From a candidate division WWE3 bacterium RIFCSPHIGHO2_01_FULL_42_13 (GTDB taxonomy: Bacteria; Patescibacteriota; WWE3; UBA101185; UBA10185), in assembly GCA_001772625.1 (NCBI GenBank), contig MEVA01000016.1, positions 67,159 to 131,158 of the forward strand: a DNA stretch of 64,000 nucleotides, in the 5' to 3' direction. This document shows, piece by piece, positions 30,038-39,079 of the stretch (within the stretch, counting starts at the first letter, position 1; every line of letters begins with the position of its first letter). Made by a program: the position numbers and the translations under genes. The notes below the pieces were generated by a model, which saw nothing but the letters and a program-made list of their open reading frames with translations, did no database searches and had not been told where the DNA came from.

Positions 30038-30787
30038 ATGAACTATAAAGAGTATGAAAACATGGAAAAATTCGAGAAGAGCTACTGGTGGCATAGAGGC
30101 CGCCTTTATTTGCTGGAAAAATTAATTAATTCCCACTTCCAAAAAAAGAGAGGTGACGCCCAGCTACTTGAGGTTGGGTCTGGAACTGGCGAGACCGTTA
30201 AGTTTCTATCTAATTTCGGAAAAGTTACTGGGATCGACGTTTCAGAAAGGGCCGTTGAGTTTTGTAGAAGTAAAGGATTAGAAAATATAATTCTGGGAGA
30301 TATAAATGAGCTTGACCTTTCGGAACACAAAAATACGTATGACGCTGTTTTTGCCCTTGATACCATGGAGCACATACAAGATGACGTAGGGGCAATGAAA
30401 AGGATAAACGAGATGTTAAAAGAGGAGGGACTTCTCTTTCTTACCGTTCCCGCACACAAATTCTTATGGAGTGAGCATGATGAGGCGCTTCATCACAAAA
30501 GAAGGTATCACTCTCTTGAACTTTTACAGAAACTTAGAGACGCGGGGTTTGAGCCAATAAAAAAATCGTACTTTGTTTTTACGGCATTTTTTCCCATCTT
30601 GTTTTTTAGAACCTGGAATACCGTGTTTGGTAGAAGCGCCTACCCAAAAACTTCGTATGTAATGCTACCAAAAATCCTCAATGACTTTGCAACAAACGTT
30701 TTGAAATTAGAGGCAAAGATCATTCAAAAGATAAATTTTCCTATAGGGACAACGATTGTAGCGGTTGCAAAAAAGCCTAAGATTTAA
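30038..30787 (+). CDS. Class I SAM-dependent methyltransferase
   Basis: YWWHRGR, LEVGSGTG, DTMEHI, TVPAHKFLWSEHD, HKRRY. Confidence 0.9.
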   Translation: MNYKEYENMEKFEKSYWWHRGRLYLLEKLINSHFQKKRGDAQLLEVGSGTGETVKFLSNFGKVTGIDVSERAVEFCRSKGLENIILGDINELDLSEHKNTYDAVFALDTMEHIQDDVGAMKRINEMLKEEGLLFLTVPAHKFLWSEHDEALHHKRRYHSLELLQKLRDAGFEPIKKSYFVFTAFFPILFFRTWNTVFGRSAYPKTSYVMLPKILNDFATNVLKLEAKIIQKINFPIGTTIVAVAKKPKI

Positions 30788-32033
30788 TACTTTTTATAAA
30801 ATAGATCCCAACACCTAAAAGAAGGGCAAACGAAATTGCCAAATTCACATTCACTACACTTACCAAACTTTCATGATGAAGGGAAATTAAAATGACTTGC
30901 AATGTAATTGCAGGGAGAAGTAAAAGGACAACCTTGGTTTTTTCTACAGCCAAAAAGAACAGTATCATAAAGTTTATTAACACATACATGCCAACAAAAA
31001 TCGAAAACCTTGGTAAAAGTTCTGCAGAAGCAAGGTAGGAGGCACCAAACATTACCCGTGTAATAAAATTTGGCATTAAAGTAAAAACGACAACGCCCAC
31101 AATTACCACCATAATTTGTAAGATTAACAGGGGCCTAAATTTTTCTAAAACATCTTCGCCATTACCATAAGCTGAAGAGATCGTAGGAAACATAACAACT
31201 CCTACTGTGCTCGCCCCAAACAACAAAACTTTCCCGGTTGTAACTAAGCCCGCGTATAACCCAGCCGATGTTTCGTCAAAGAAATGTTTCACTAGCACAA
31301 TATCAATATTATTCAAAAGAGTTAATCCAATCTGTACAAAAAGAACGGAACCAGCAAAGGCAAGTACATTTTTATAGTAATGTTTTAAACTTACATCATC
31401 CGACTTTAAAAAGTGCTTACTCAACATCCATGTTCCAATTAAATAGGACCCAGCAAAAGACAAACCCATTCCCACAAAGGCCCCTGCCAGCTTAAACCCC
31501 GCCATGACAATTAAAACTGGGATGATAAGCCTTAGAAACTGGGTCGATACCGAAAAGGCAGCATAGGCTTTAAACTTTAATAAACCCTGCAAATAAGCGA
31601 TGGGAAGTATTACCAAAAAAGAAAGTCCGAGAAAAGCCCCAAAGTAAATAAGTAGGTTGGGGTCGGAAATACTTAAAAAACTCGCGAGTTGCTGACGGAA
31701 AAGAAATATCAGTGTAAACAAAAGAGACCCAACACCCAAAACTACGGTTGAAAGTTCCAGAAAAATACGGGTAAGTGTTCCGTATTTATTTTGTGTAGAA
31801 AGATTAGAAACAAGTTTAATTAATGAAGTTGTGAATGAGGTTGCCAGCACTCCTAAAATAACATAAACGGATAGAAGCGCTGTAAAAGTTCCAAAATCTG
31901 AAACCGAAAGCCATCGCCCAAGAAAGATTTGCAGAAGATAAGCAAAAACGCTTCCAATAAAAGAACCGGCCGTAACTATAACGACTCTGGAAAACGCGGG
32001 ATTTTTGATTAAGTTTCTTGCACGGGTAATCAT
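30777..32033 (-). CDS. Wzx/MOP-family oligosaccharide flippase
   Basis: About 12 TMs; LGRWLSVSDFG, NIDIVLVKHFF, AGLYA, VMFP. Confidence 0.85.
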   Translation of the reverse strand: MITRARNLIKNPAFSRVVIVTAGSFIGSVFAYLLQIFLGRWLSVSDFGTFTALLSVYVILGVLATSFTTSLIKLVSNLSTQNKYGTLTRIFLELSTVVLGVGSLLFTLIFLFRQQLASFLSISDPNLLIYFGAFLGLSFLVILPIAYLQGLLKFKAYAAFSVSTQFLRLIIPVLIVMAGFKLAGAFVGMGLSFAGSYLIGTWMLSKHFLKSDDVSLKHYYKNVLAFAGSVLFVQIGLTLLNNIDIVLVKHFFDETSAGLYAGLVTTGKVLLFGASTVGVVMFPTISSAYGNGEDVLEKFRPLLILQIMVVIVGVVVFTLMPNFITRVMFGASYLASAELLPRFSIFVGMYVLINFMILFFLAVEKTKVVLLLLPAITLQVILISLHHESLVSVVNVNLAISFALLLGVGIYFIKSIKS

Positions 32034-32034
32034 A

Positions 32035-33681
32035 TTACTTACTTATATCCCGGGCAGTGTTTTCGTACACATTATAAATTGGAACACCTCGAAGTTTTAC
32101 CTGTCCAATAAACCTAAACGGGTCTTCAGGTTCGGATTCGTCAAACCATACAGGGTAAATAAAAAACTGGGCTTTTCTTGAATCGAAATCAATGCTGGAA
32201 ATTGTGGCCCAGGCACCCATTCGCCTTACAAAGGGGTGCAGTTGTGTGTAATACTTCTCCGGAAAAGCCACAACCAGGCGGTTTTGCAACACATCGGCCG
32301 TATCATATATATCTTCGCCCGGCCCAAAATCCTGCAAACTAAGTTCGTACTTTTTAGCTTCCAGATATTTTATTAATTCGAAATGGCCAATTACCCATTT
32401 TGGTTCAAGCATCCAGATTCCGTTTTTCAGTCCACCAGTTAACGGACTGTAATACGAAAAATAATCCGGATGGAGAACTGCCAAAGTTGTAAAGGCAGGT
32501 ATTAATAATACTATTCCAAACAGCGCGAAGGCGTTAGAAACTTTTGAAAACCTTCCCACAAGTAGATGTAACATTCGTTCAAAAAACAGTGACGCAACTA
32601 AACTTAATGCAATTAAGGAAGGTAAAATATATCTATCAAGTTTTTTTGATGGAATTGAAAGTTCAATAATATAAAATAATGCGTATAAAAGCGTAAAGGT
32701 CGCAAACTTTTTCTGCCTTTTATCAAGTTTTGGAAAAACCACTAACGAACCTAAAAGGCCAATAATTAAATACAAAGACGATCTTAAAACCAAAACTGCC
32801 CAATAAAACACCGGCCCCGGATCCTCCACCCATTTTCCAAAGAAAAGCTGAATATGATCGCCCTCAATTCCAACATCTACTATCCCTTTTTGAAGCACGG
32901 TGAGGGCTTGAGGCGCGTTTGTCCACATGGCAGGCCAAAAGGCCACAAAGGCAACAATAAAAGTTGCGAGCCATAGTAAGTACCTAGAAAATGCCCATTT
33001 TAAAGCCTTCGCAAAGCTCCCTGTTTCCCACAGGCGGTATCCAAACAGCAACAAAGCGGCAAAAGGCACAATAAAAAGCGCCGAGGTTTTAGTAAGCATC
33101 GCCAATGCCCCAAGAGCAGAAGATATAAATAGCCATTTTTTTCGCTCTTCTGTGGAAACATACATGTAGAGAGTTAAAAACGAGGCAAGCATGAAAGTCG
33201 CCTGCAAACCCTCAAGGTGGACAACCCGGGTTAAAGCAACGTACAAAGGCTCAAGCGCAAAAAGTGCGACGGCAATTGAGGCGTACTTTATATTAAGGAC
33301 TTTTCGTAAAATGTAGAAAATAAAAGAGATTAAAATCCCAAGAGCTAAAACGATAAATAGCTTTTGGGTAAAGTGGAGCTGAAACAAAGCGTTTATATCA
33401 TTATCTTGCGGGTTCGTTCCCGTAAAAACTCGGTACGCAAGGTTATGAAACTTCACAGCAATTGCCCCAAGCCACATTAAAGTTACTCCTGGGTGATACA
33501 TTTGAATAGTCTTTGCAAAATCTAATGTGAAAACGCCCGTTCCAAAATCGTAAATTCTCTGCTTCCACTTCCACTCGTCAGTTGTGAACATGTCGTAGCC
33601 CAGGCTTGGCAACCGCGTCAGTACAAACAGTACAAAAACGTATATTTCGTATTTAATTTTCCTGATTTTGTTCAAAAACAT
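32035..33681 (-). CDS. GT-C (PMT_2-like) membrane glycosyltransferase
   Basis: TDEWKW, HPGVTLMW, EPLYVALTRVVHLE, LTK, KKLDRYILP. Start moved to ATG 33681. Confidence 0.8.
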   Translation of the reverse strand: MFLNKIRKIKYEIYVFVLFVLTRLPSLGYDMFTTDEWKWKQRIYDFGTGVFTLDFAKTIQMYHPGVTLMWLGAIAVKFHNLAYRVFTGTNPQDNDINALFQLHFTQKLFIVLALGILISFIFYILRKVLNIKYASIAVALFALEPLYVALTRVVHLEGLQATFMLASFLTLYMYVSTEERKKWLFISSALGALAMLTKTSALFIVPFAALLLFGYRLWETGSFAKALKWAFSRYLLWLATFIVAFVAFWPAMWTNAPQALTVLQKGIVDVGIEGDHIQLFFGKWVEDPGPVFYWAVLVLRSSLYLIIGLLGSLVVFPKLDKRQKKFATFTLLYALFYIIELSIPSKKLDRYILPSLIALSLVASLFFERMLHLLVGRFSKVSNAFALFGIVLLIPAFTTLAVLHPDYFSYYSPLTGGLKNGIWMLEPKWVIGHFELIKYLEAKKYELSLQDFGPGEDIYDTADVLQNRLVVAFPEKYYTQLHPFVRRMGAWATISSIDFDSRKAQFFIYPVWFDESEPEDPFRFIGQVKLRGVPIYNVYENTARDISK

Positions 33682-35158
33682 AGATAAAAACGTACGGGCC
33701 CCTTCTACCCTGCGTGCTAACCTCAAAAACCTGGTCTAAGCCTTCTGTTGCAGCCAACTCCTTACCTATCTCTCCTGTATCCAAACCTAATACAACATAA
33801 CCTTTGCCAAAAGATAAATCTGCACCAACTACACCCTTCTCTACCTCGTTTCGTGAAAACTTTTCCATGACCGGCAGAAAACTACTAGTGTTATAAACAA
33901 TCCTATCGTTTGGATTTACATTCTCAAGCATCCATTCGTACGTAATTTCTCTAGTATCCTTTCTTACCAAAAGCAAAACGGTTTGTATCGAAATCCAAAG
34001 TGGAACCAAGAAAAGTAAAATTGGGATTAAATACCGCCATTTACTTTTTATCATTTCCATAAGATGTACTATTACAAAACCGCAAGCAAGAGCCACAAAT
34101 GGATACGCCGAGGTGTAATAGTGTGCACGTGTTTTATCAAAACCTGAAATATAAAAAAACAAAAACAACGATGGAATTAAAATTAACCAAATTTCTTTTG
34201 TTCTTTTGACAAAAATCGCATAAAAAATCGTTAGCATGTACAAAAGTATGAAAATATATCCAAAATCACGGGCAAACTCAGAAGTTAGAGCCTGAAAAAA
34301 CTGCACAATTTGCTGCCCAAACCCTACTTTTCCAACATTTGTAAACTGCCATAAGGCACCTTTTGGCCCGTCAGTACGGATAAAAGTATCGAAATCAAGA
34401 ACTGAGTAAGGAGTTCCTAAAATGAAACCTAACCCTGCTACCAAGCCTGAAAGTACCAGAGCTTTGACTCCGTGCCAATCTAAAAGTTTTTCATTTGGAG
34501 ATTTCCAGGTTCGCAAGAAGTGGGCGGCAGGAATCATAGCGGCCATTAAGCCTCCGTTATATTTTGTTGAGGCTGCAAAACCAATAAACAATCCCGCCCA
34601 TAAATAGTTTTTTAAATCTTTTTCCTGAAATATCTTTATTGAAAAGTAAAAGGCCCACGCAACCCAAAAAGCAGTCGGGATATCTATAAGTGCGAAGGGT
34701 GAAGTTTGAACATGGAACGGTGTAATCATTAGAGCAAAAGCTGCAGCCAGCCCCACACTTCGGTTAAACAGCTTTTTGCCAGCCAGATAAACTGGAATTG
34801 CCGTTAAAGTCCCCATAAACACATTGAGTAGTCTGGAGAGAAAATAAAAGATTAACGGGTCTCTCCACATTAGCGGGAAGTATGCACTTAAAGATTCCTG
34901 CAAACCAAAAACCTGCAAGCGGATTCTAAATTTTATGTACAGAAAATGAAGGAAGTAGTTTAGGTACAGATGTAGGTGGGGCCAGTCGAAGTGGGCTGGG
35001 TTTGGGTCAAACCTAAGCCCAATCGCCGAGCGCACCACTGCGGGCTCATCGGGGTGGAAAATAAACGGGAACCCGTGCTCTACACCGGCAACTCGGAGGC
35101 CAAAACCGACCAAAAGTATTATTAGCAATATTTTATCGAACTTTAGCTTCCTTAACAT
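33653..35158 (-). CDS. GT-C (PMT_2/ArnT-like) membrane glycosyltransferase
   Basis: FHPDEP, PAHFDWPHL, ASTKYNG, GTPYS. Confidence 0.82.
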   Translation of the reverse strand: MLRKLKFDKILLIILLVGFGLRVAGVEHGFPFIFHPDEPAVVRSAIGLRFDPNPAHFDWPHLHLYLNYFLHFLYIKFRIRLQVFGLQESLSAYFPLMWRDPLIFYFLSRLLNVFMGTLTAIPVYLAGKKLFNRSVGLAAAFALMITPFHVQTSPFALIDIPTAFWVAWAFYFSIKIFQEKDLKNYLWAGLFIGFAASTKYNGGLMAAMIPAAHFLRTWKSPNEKLLDWHGVKALVLSGLVAGLGFILGTPYSVLDFDTFIRTDGPKGALWQFTNVGKVGFGQQIVQFFQALTSEFARDFGYIFILLYMLTIFYAIFVKRTKEIWLILIPSLFLFFYISGFDKTRAHYYTSAYPFVALACGFVIVHLMEMIKSKWRYLIPILLFLVPLWISIQTVLLLVRKDTREITYEWMLENVNPNDRIVYNTSSFLPVMEKFSRNEVEKGVVGADLSFGKGYVVLGLDTGEIGKELAATEGLDQVFEVSTQGRRGPYVFIYVFEQNQEN

Positions 35159-36689
35159 AAACCTTCCAATATTCTAAACCATTTATCCACATAGTATGGT
35201 CGAGAATAAAATTATAGTTTGAGTCCAAAACTTTCTGAGGAATTTCTTCGTTAACCCCGAGTACCAACAAGTCGTAATTTCTGGTTCCATCAACTCTAAT
35301 ATCAAAAACTCTCGAAGCTTTATAAATTGCTTCCATTGGTTTTACATCTATAAATCCTAGTGTCGGATAGTAACCATATTTTTCTAGAATTTGATCTCTT
35401 AGTGCCACTATTCCCACACCAAAAGGTTTCTGCGCCAAAATATTCTCATGAACATATTGAGGTGAACCAAAAAGAGGGTTGGTATAAGTAAAGTGGTATG
35501 GATACAGACTGAAAAATGGATGCAAAACGAAGGCGGCAAAAAATATCGATTGAACACCAACTAAAGCTTTGACCGCTAATGCCCCAAATTTCGTCTGTAA
35601 GTATTCCTTAAGCTGATAAAAACCTATCACTGCTAAAAGCGCAAAATATGGATACATGGGCAGTAGGTATCGGTCAATTTTTTTACTAGAAATTGTCATC
35701 ACTACCAAATACCCCACGAAAAATATTGTCAAGAAGGCACTTAGGGATGGGGCTTTGAAATCCGGTTTTTTGACTCTAAGTAGGCTTAAAACAAGCATAA
35801 GAAGCAAAAAAGGCGAGGTTTTAAGCAAAAATACCAATGGGTAAAAGCTCACTCCCCCATCGCGGGTGTCTTCACCAAAGATAATTTGATTGTGCCCGCT
35901 TCTAATCCCAACCCGCTCTATACCGTCATAAATTCCCAGTAAAACATCTTTTGTATCAACCCAAAGAGCTGGCAAGAAAATTACAAACGCGAGAACAGCC
36001 GGAATAAAAATAGAGAGTTTAAATTTTACTGCCTCTTTCCAACCTTTTTGCAGAAATACATAAAGCCCACCAACACCAACCGCAAAAAGGAGTCCCCCTA
36101 CTGCAACGCTTTTCGTAAGAAAGGCCAGCGCCAAAAATATTCCGTCTAAAATTCCCATATACCAATTGAACTTCTTAAGGTGTAGGTAAGTAAGGAGCAA
36201 ACCAATAAAAAGAAGTAACGTTAGCAAAATATCCAAATGAAGTACCCGTGAATTTGCAAGAAAGAAAGGCTCCATCGAAAAAATAAAAGACGTTAGCCAC
36301 GCTTTATTAAACCCAACAATTTTTGTCAAAAGAAATATCCCCAAAAGTGAGAGGATGAGCTGAACAAAAATAAGCGCGATTTTAGCTACATAGTCAAAAA
36401 CTAAGAATGTACCTTGATTGTATTTAATGTCACCATTAAGCTGCTTCACCAGCTCAACGGTTGGTCCAACGATCCACATTAGCGTTGTACCAGGCTGGTA
36501 GTGCTGGTAGGTCCTTTCCAACTGCCCGAATTTTAAGCCCACCATAAACTGCTCGGATCGCCAGTGCCAGTTTACGGCGTCTGGATTAACCACGTCATCA
36601 TAGGTTCCTGGCACCCTTGTAGCCAAAAAAACCAACACAAACAGCGCGATGAGTAAATACTCTTTGTTAATTTTCTTTATTAAATACAT
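35133..36689 (-). CDS. GT-C (PMT_2-like) membrane glycosyltransferase, paralog of 32035-33681
   Basis: NPDAVNW, YQPGTTLMW, EPFFLANSRVLHLD, LTK, KKIDRYLLP. Confidence 0.8.
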   Translation of the reverse strand: MYLIKKINKEYLLIALFVLVFLATRVPGTYDDVVNPDAVNWHWRSEQFMVGLKFGQLERTYQHYQPGTTLMWIVGPTVELVKQLNGDIKYNQGTFLVFDYVAKIALIFVQLILSLLGIFLLTKIVGFNKAWLTSFIFSMEPFFLANSRVLHLDILLTLLLFIGLLLTYLHLKKFNWYMGILDGIFLALAFLTKSVAVGGLLFAVGVGGLYVFLQKGWKEAVKFKLSIFIPAVLAFVIFLPALWVDTKDVLLGIYDGIERVGIRSGHNQIIFGEDTRDGGVSFYPLVFLLKTSPFLLLMLVLSLLRVKKPDFKAPSLSAFLTIFFVGYLVVMTISSKKIDRYLLPMYPYFALLAVIGFYQLKEYLQTKFGALAVKALVGVQSIFFAAFVLHPFFSLYPYHFTYTNPLFGSPQYVHENILAQKPFGVGIVALRDQILEKYGYYPTLGFIDVKPMEAIYKASRVFDIRVDGTRNYDLLVLGVNEEIPQKVLDSNYNFILDHTMWINGLEYWKVYVKEAKVR

Positions 36690-37608
36690 ATAGAATTCCG
36701 CCGAACAAGCTTACGAAAAGTCGCAGCAAGTGATAAATGATGGAGGCACTTAGAGCCAGTTCCACCGGAACACCCGAACTTGAAAAAAATTGTATAAAAA
36801 GTGCATCTTGAACTCCTAAACCATTTAACGATGGGATGAAAAAAGTGGCGAGTGCTATTACTGGAAAAACGAACAAAGAATATGTGATAGGAAAAGTGAT
36901 GCCCATGGAAACAAAAACAAAATATTGCGTAAAAATGCTAAGAAGCTGAATTACAAAGGACGTCAGGAAAGCGCTCAACAAAACACCCCTCCTGTCTTTG
37001 TAGACAAGTAGGGAGTTATAAATTTTCCCTAATATCCCAATTTTCTTGGAAAGGATTTTTAAAAGCAGGAAGGCAACCGCAACTCCAATCCAAAATCCAA
37101 AAAACACAAGAAATTTAAAAAAGGTTAGATACAAACTGTTGTCGGAAATGATCTCGGGCAACTGCTCAATCCAAAAGTCTAAGGTTCTTGCTAAACCAAA
37201 GTACGAAATTAGAACAAGCGCCATAACACCTGTAAACCTCTCCATAAAGGTTGCGGCAAAGGCATCGGTCTTACTCCCAATCTTCTTACCTAAAGCAAGA
37301 ACTTTGTAAACATCACCCCCAACGCTTGTGGGCATAAAGTTATTGAAAAAGGCACCTACAAAATAAAGGTGGGTCAAATACTTAACGGTAACTTTTTCCG
37401 AACTTTTATGTATAAGTAGGGACTTCCATCTGAAGGCACCAATCAACCAGTTTAGAATTATGAATAGGATTGGCAGGGGCAGATATCTTATATCAACTAG
37501 TTTAAAGTTGCTCAAAACATCAGCGAAATCAATGCGTGAAAAGATAACTCCAAATAAAACCGCGCTGATTAAAACCTTAAGAATTATCTGCCATTTTTTC
37601 TTATCCAT
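36667..37608 (-). CDS. UPF0104 / lysylphosphatidylglycerol-synthase TM-domain flippase-like protein
   Basis: FRWKSLL, FFNNFMPTSVGGDVYK, ERFTG, PSLNGLGVQD. Confidence 0.85.
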   Translation of the reverse strand: MDKKKWQIILKVLISAVLFGVIFSRIDFADVLSNFKLVDIRYLPLPILFIILNWLIGAFRWKSLLIHKSSEKVTVKYLTHLYFVGAFFNNFMPTSVGGDVYKVLALGKKIGSKTDAFAATFMERFTGVMALVLISYFGLARTLDFWIEQLPEIISDNSLYLTFFKFLVFFGFWIGVAVAFLLLKILSKKIGILGKIYNSLLVYKDRRGVLLSAFLTSFVIQLLSIFTQYFVFVSMGITFPITYSLFVFPVIALATFFIPSLNGLGVQDALFIQFFSSSGVPVELALSASIIYHLLRLFVSLFGGILYVFNKEN

Positions 37609-39079
37609 TATTTTCTGCTCCAAGAGAAATAGTTTTCAACTTTCTAAGTCCTGCCTGCACATCTTCCTTTGTCACAAATTTGAGCAAAAACACTAAAGCA
37701 ATGTAAATCCCACTACCCAAAAGGTAGGTTAGGATTTTCGTCATATTAAAATCCGTATAAACCTGCAAACTTATTACTAGCCCAACAATTATAAGGATGG
37801 CATGTTTCAATCGCAGAAAAGAAAATCCAAGCTTCCTCCAGGAGAAAAAGGCCAGTACGACAAGGTTTGTAAGCACCCCAAAAACCATAGCGTACGCCAT
37901 GGTCACTAAACCTCCCCATACACTATTAAAAGCGAAGTAAAATCCAACAGTTAAAACAAGCATAAACAAAAATCCCACAATCATTTCCTTTACCATTTTC
38001 GCTGGAACTAGAATGCTGGACATAACAATATTTACCACCGAGTAAAATATAAAGGCAAAAACTAAGGGCAGTACAAATGGAAACGATCCGTCATACTTTT
38101 CGCTTCCAATAAGAAGATGGAAAACATCTCGAACCCAGAAAACCGCGGTAACTGCTGCAAACACTATAAAAACAAAAACCTTATCAAAGTTTCCAATGAA
38201 TAAACTTTTAAACTCCTCAATGTTTTCAACAAATTTTTTCGACAGAACCGGAAGATTTATATCGGTTACTGAATCTGAAACAGCCATTAATTTTGTAGCG
38301 TAAAGCAAAGCAAACCCAAACAGACCTATTTCCTCCGGTGAATAACTAACACCCAACAAAAGCGGGCCTGACTTCTGCCAGTATGTAACAATTATTTTCA
38401 CAACATAAATTGCAAGGCTGATAGACAGAATATCCCTTAGCAGTCGCCTAAAATCAGCCTTTTGCGGCCAAGCGAAGCTGCCCTTGAGCGGGCCCAAAGC
38501 CATTACTCCCAGGGAAAGCGAGGCAAGAATGTTAAAAAGTATTAAAGAGTAAAAAAATCCGTCAACTCTGTACAAATAAATTAAAGGTATATAAATAAAC
38601 AAACCGGCAATCGCAATAATTACTTGGTAAGTAAAAAGTTGTTTGAACCTTTGAGTTCCTGAAATAACAGAATTAAAAATACTTTGTACGCCTTGGATTA
38701 ACAATACAAAAGCAAAAAGTTTAAGGGGAACTATTAGCGCGGGATTTCCATATTGTATTACGGAGATATACCTGGAAATAAAAAACAATATTACGGCCAG
38801 GGGAATTGTTACGAAGTATCTAATGACAACCGAGGTTAAAAAAATCTCAAATATCTCTTTATTGTTTTTTGCTGAAGAAATTTCCCTAGTACTGCCGGAG
38901 GCTAAGCCTAAGTGTTGATAAATACCAAAAGCTCCCCCAATTGAAGTTGCCAAGGTTATCAACCCATACTCACCCACACTCAAAATCCTTACAATAACTA
39001 TGCTTTGAACAATTCCTACCGCCATGGCTAAACCACGCGAAATAAAGCTTATTGCCTGCCATTTCAACAAACTTTTCAT
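37601..39079 (-). CDS. Wzx/MOP-family oligosaccharide flippase
   Basis: VRILSVGEYG, HLGLASGSTREIS, IGLFGFA, LPVLSK; about 14 TMs. Confidence 0.82.
   Translation of the reverse strand: MKSLLKWQAISFISRGLAMAVGIVQSIVIVRILSVGEYGLITLATSIGGAFGIYQHLGLASGSTREISSAKNNKEIFEIFLTSVVIRYFVTIPLAVILFFISRYISVIQYGNPALIVPLKLFAFVLLIQGVQSIFNSVISGTQRFKQLFTYQVIIAIAGLFIYIPLIYLYRVDGFFYSLILFNILASLSLGVMALGPLKGSFAWPQKADFRRLLRDILSISLAIYVVKIIVTYWQKSGPLLLGVSYSPEEIGLFGFALLYATKLMAVSDSVTDINLPVLSKKFVENIEEFKSLFIGNFDKVFVFIVFAAVTAVFWVRDVFHLLIGSEKYDGSFPFVLPLVFAFIFYSVVNIVMSSILVPAKMVKEMIVGFLFMLVLTVGFYFAFNSVWGGLVTMAYAMVFGVLTNLVVLAFFSWRKLGFSFLRLKHAILIIVGLVISLQVYTDFNMTKILTYLLGSGIYIALVFLLKFVTKEDVQAGLRKLKTISLGAENNG

Noticed and set aside
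14586-37608. A complete hopanoid biosynthesis cluster (HpnA-, HpnJ- and HpnL-like genes)
   Set aside because: No squalene synthase or squalene-hopene cyclase is in the window, and these families are broad and common in glycan loci.
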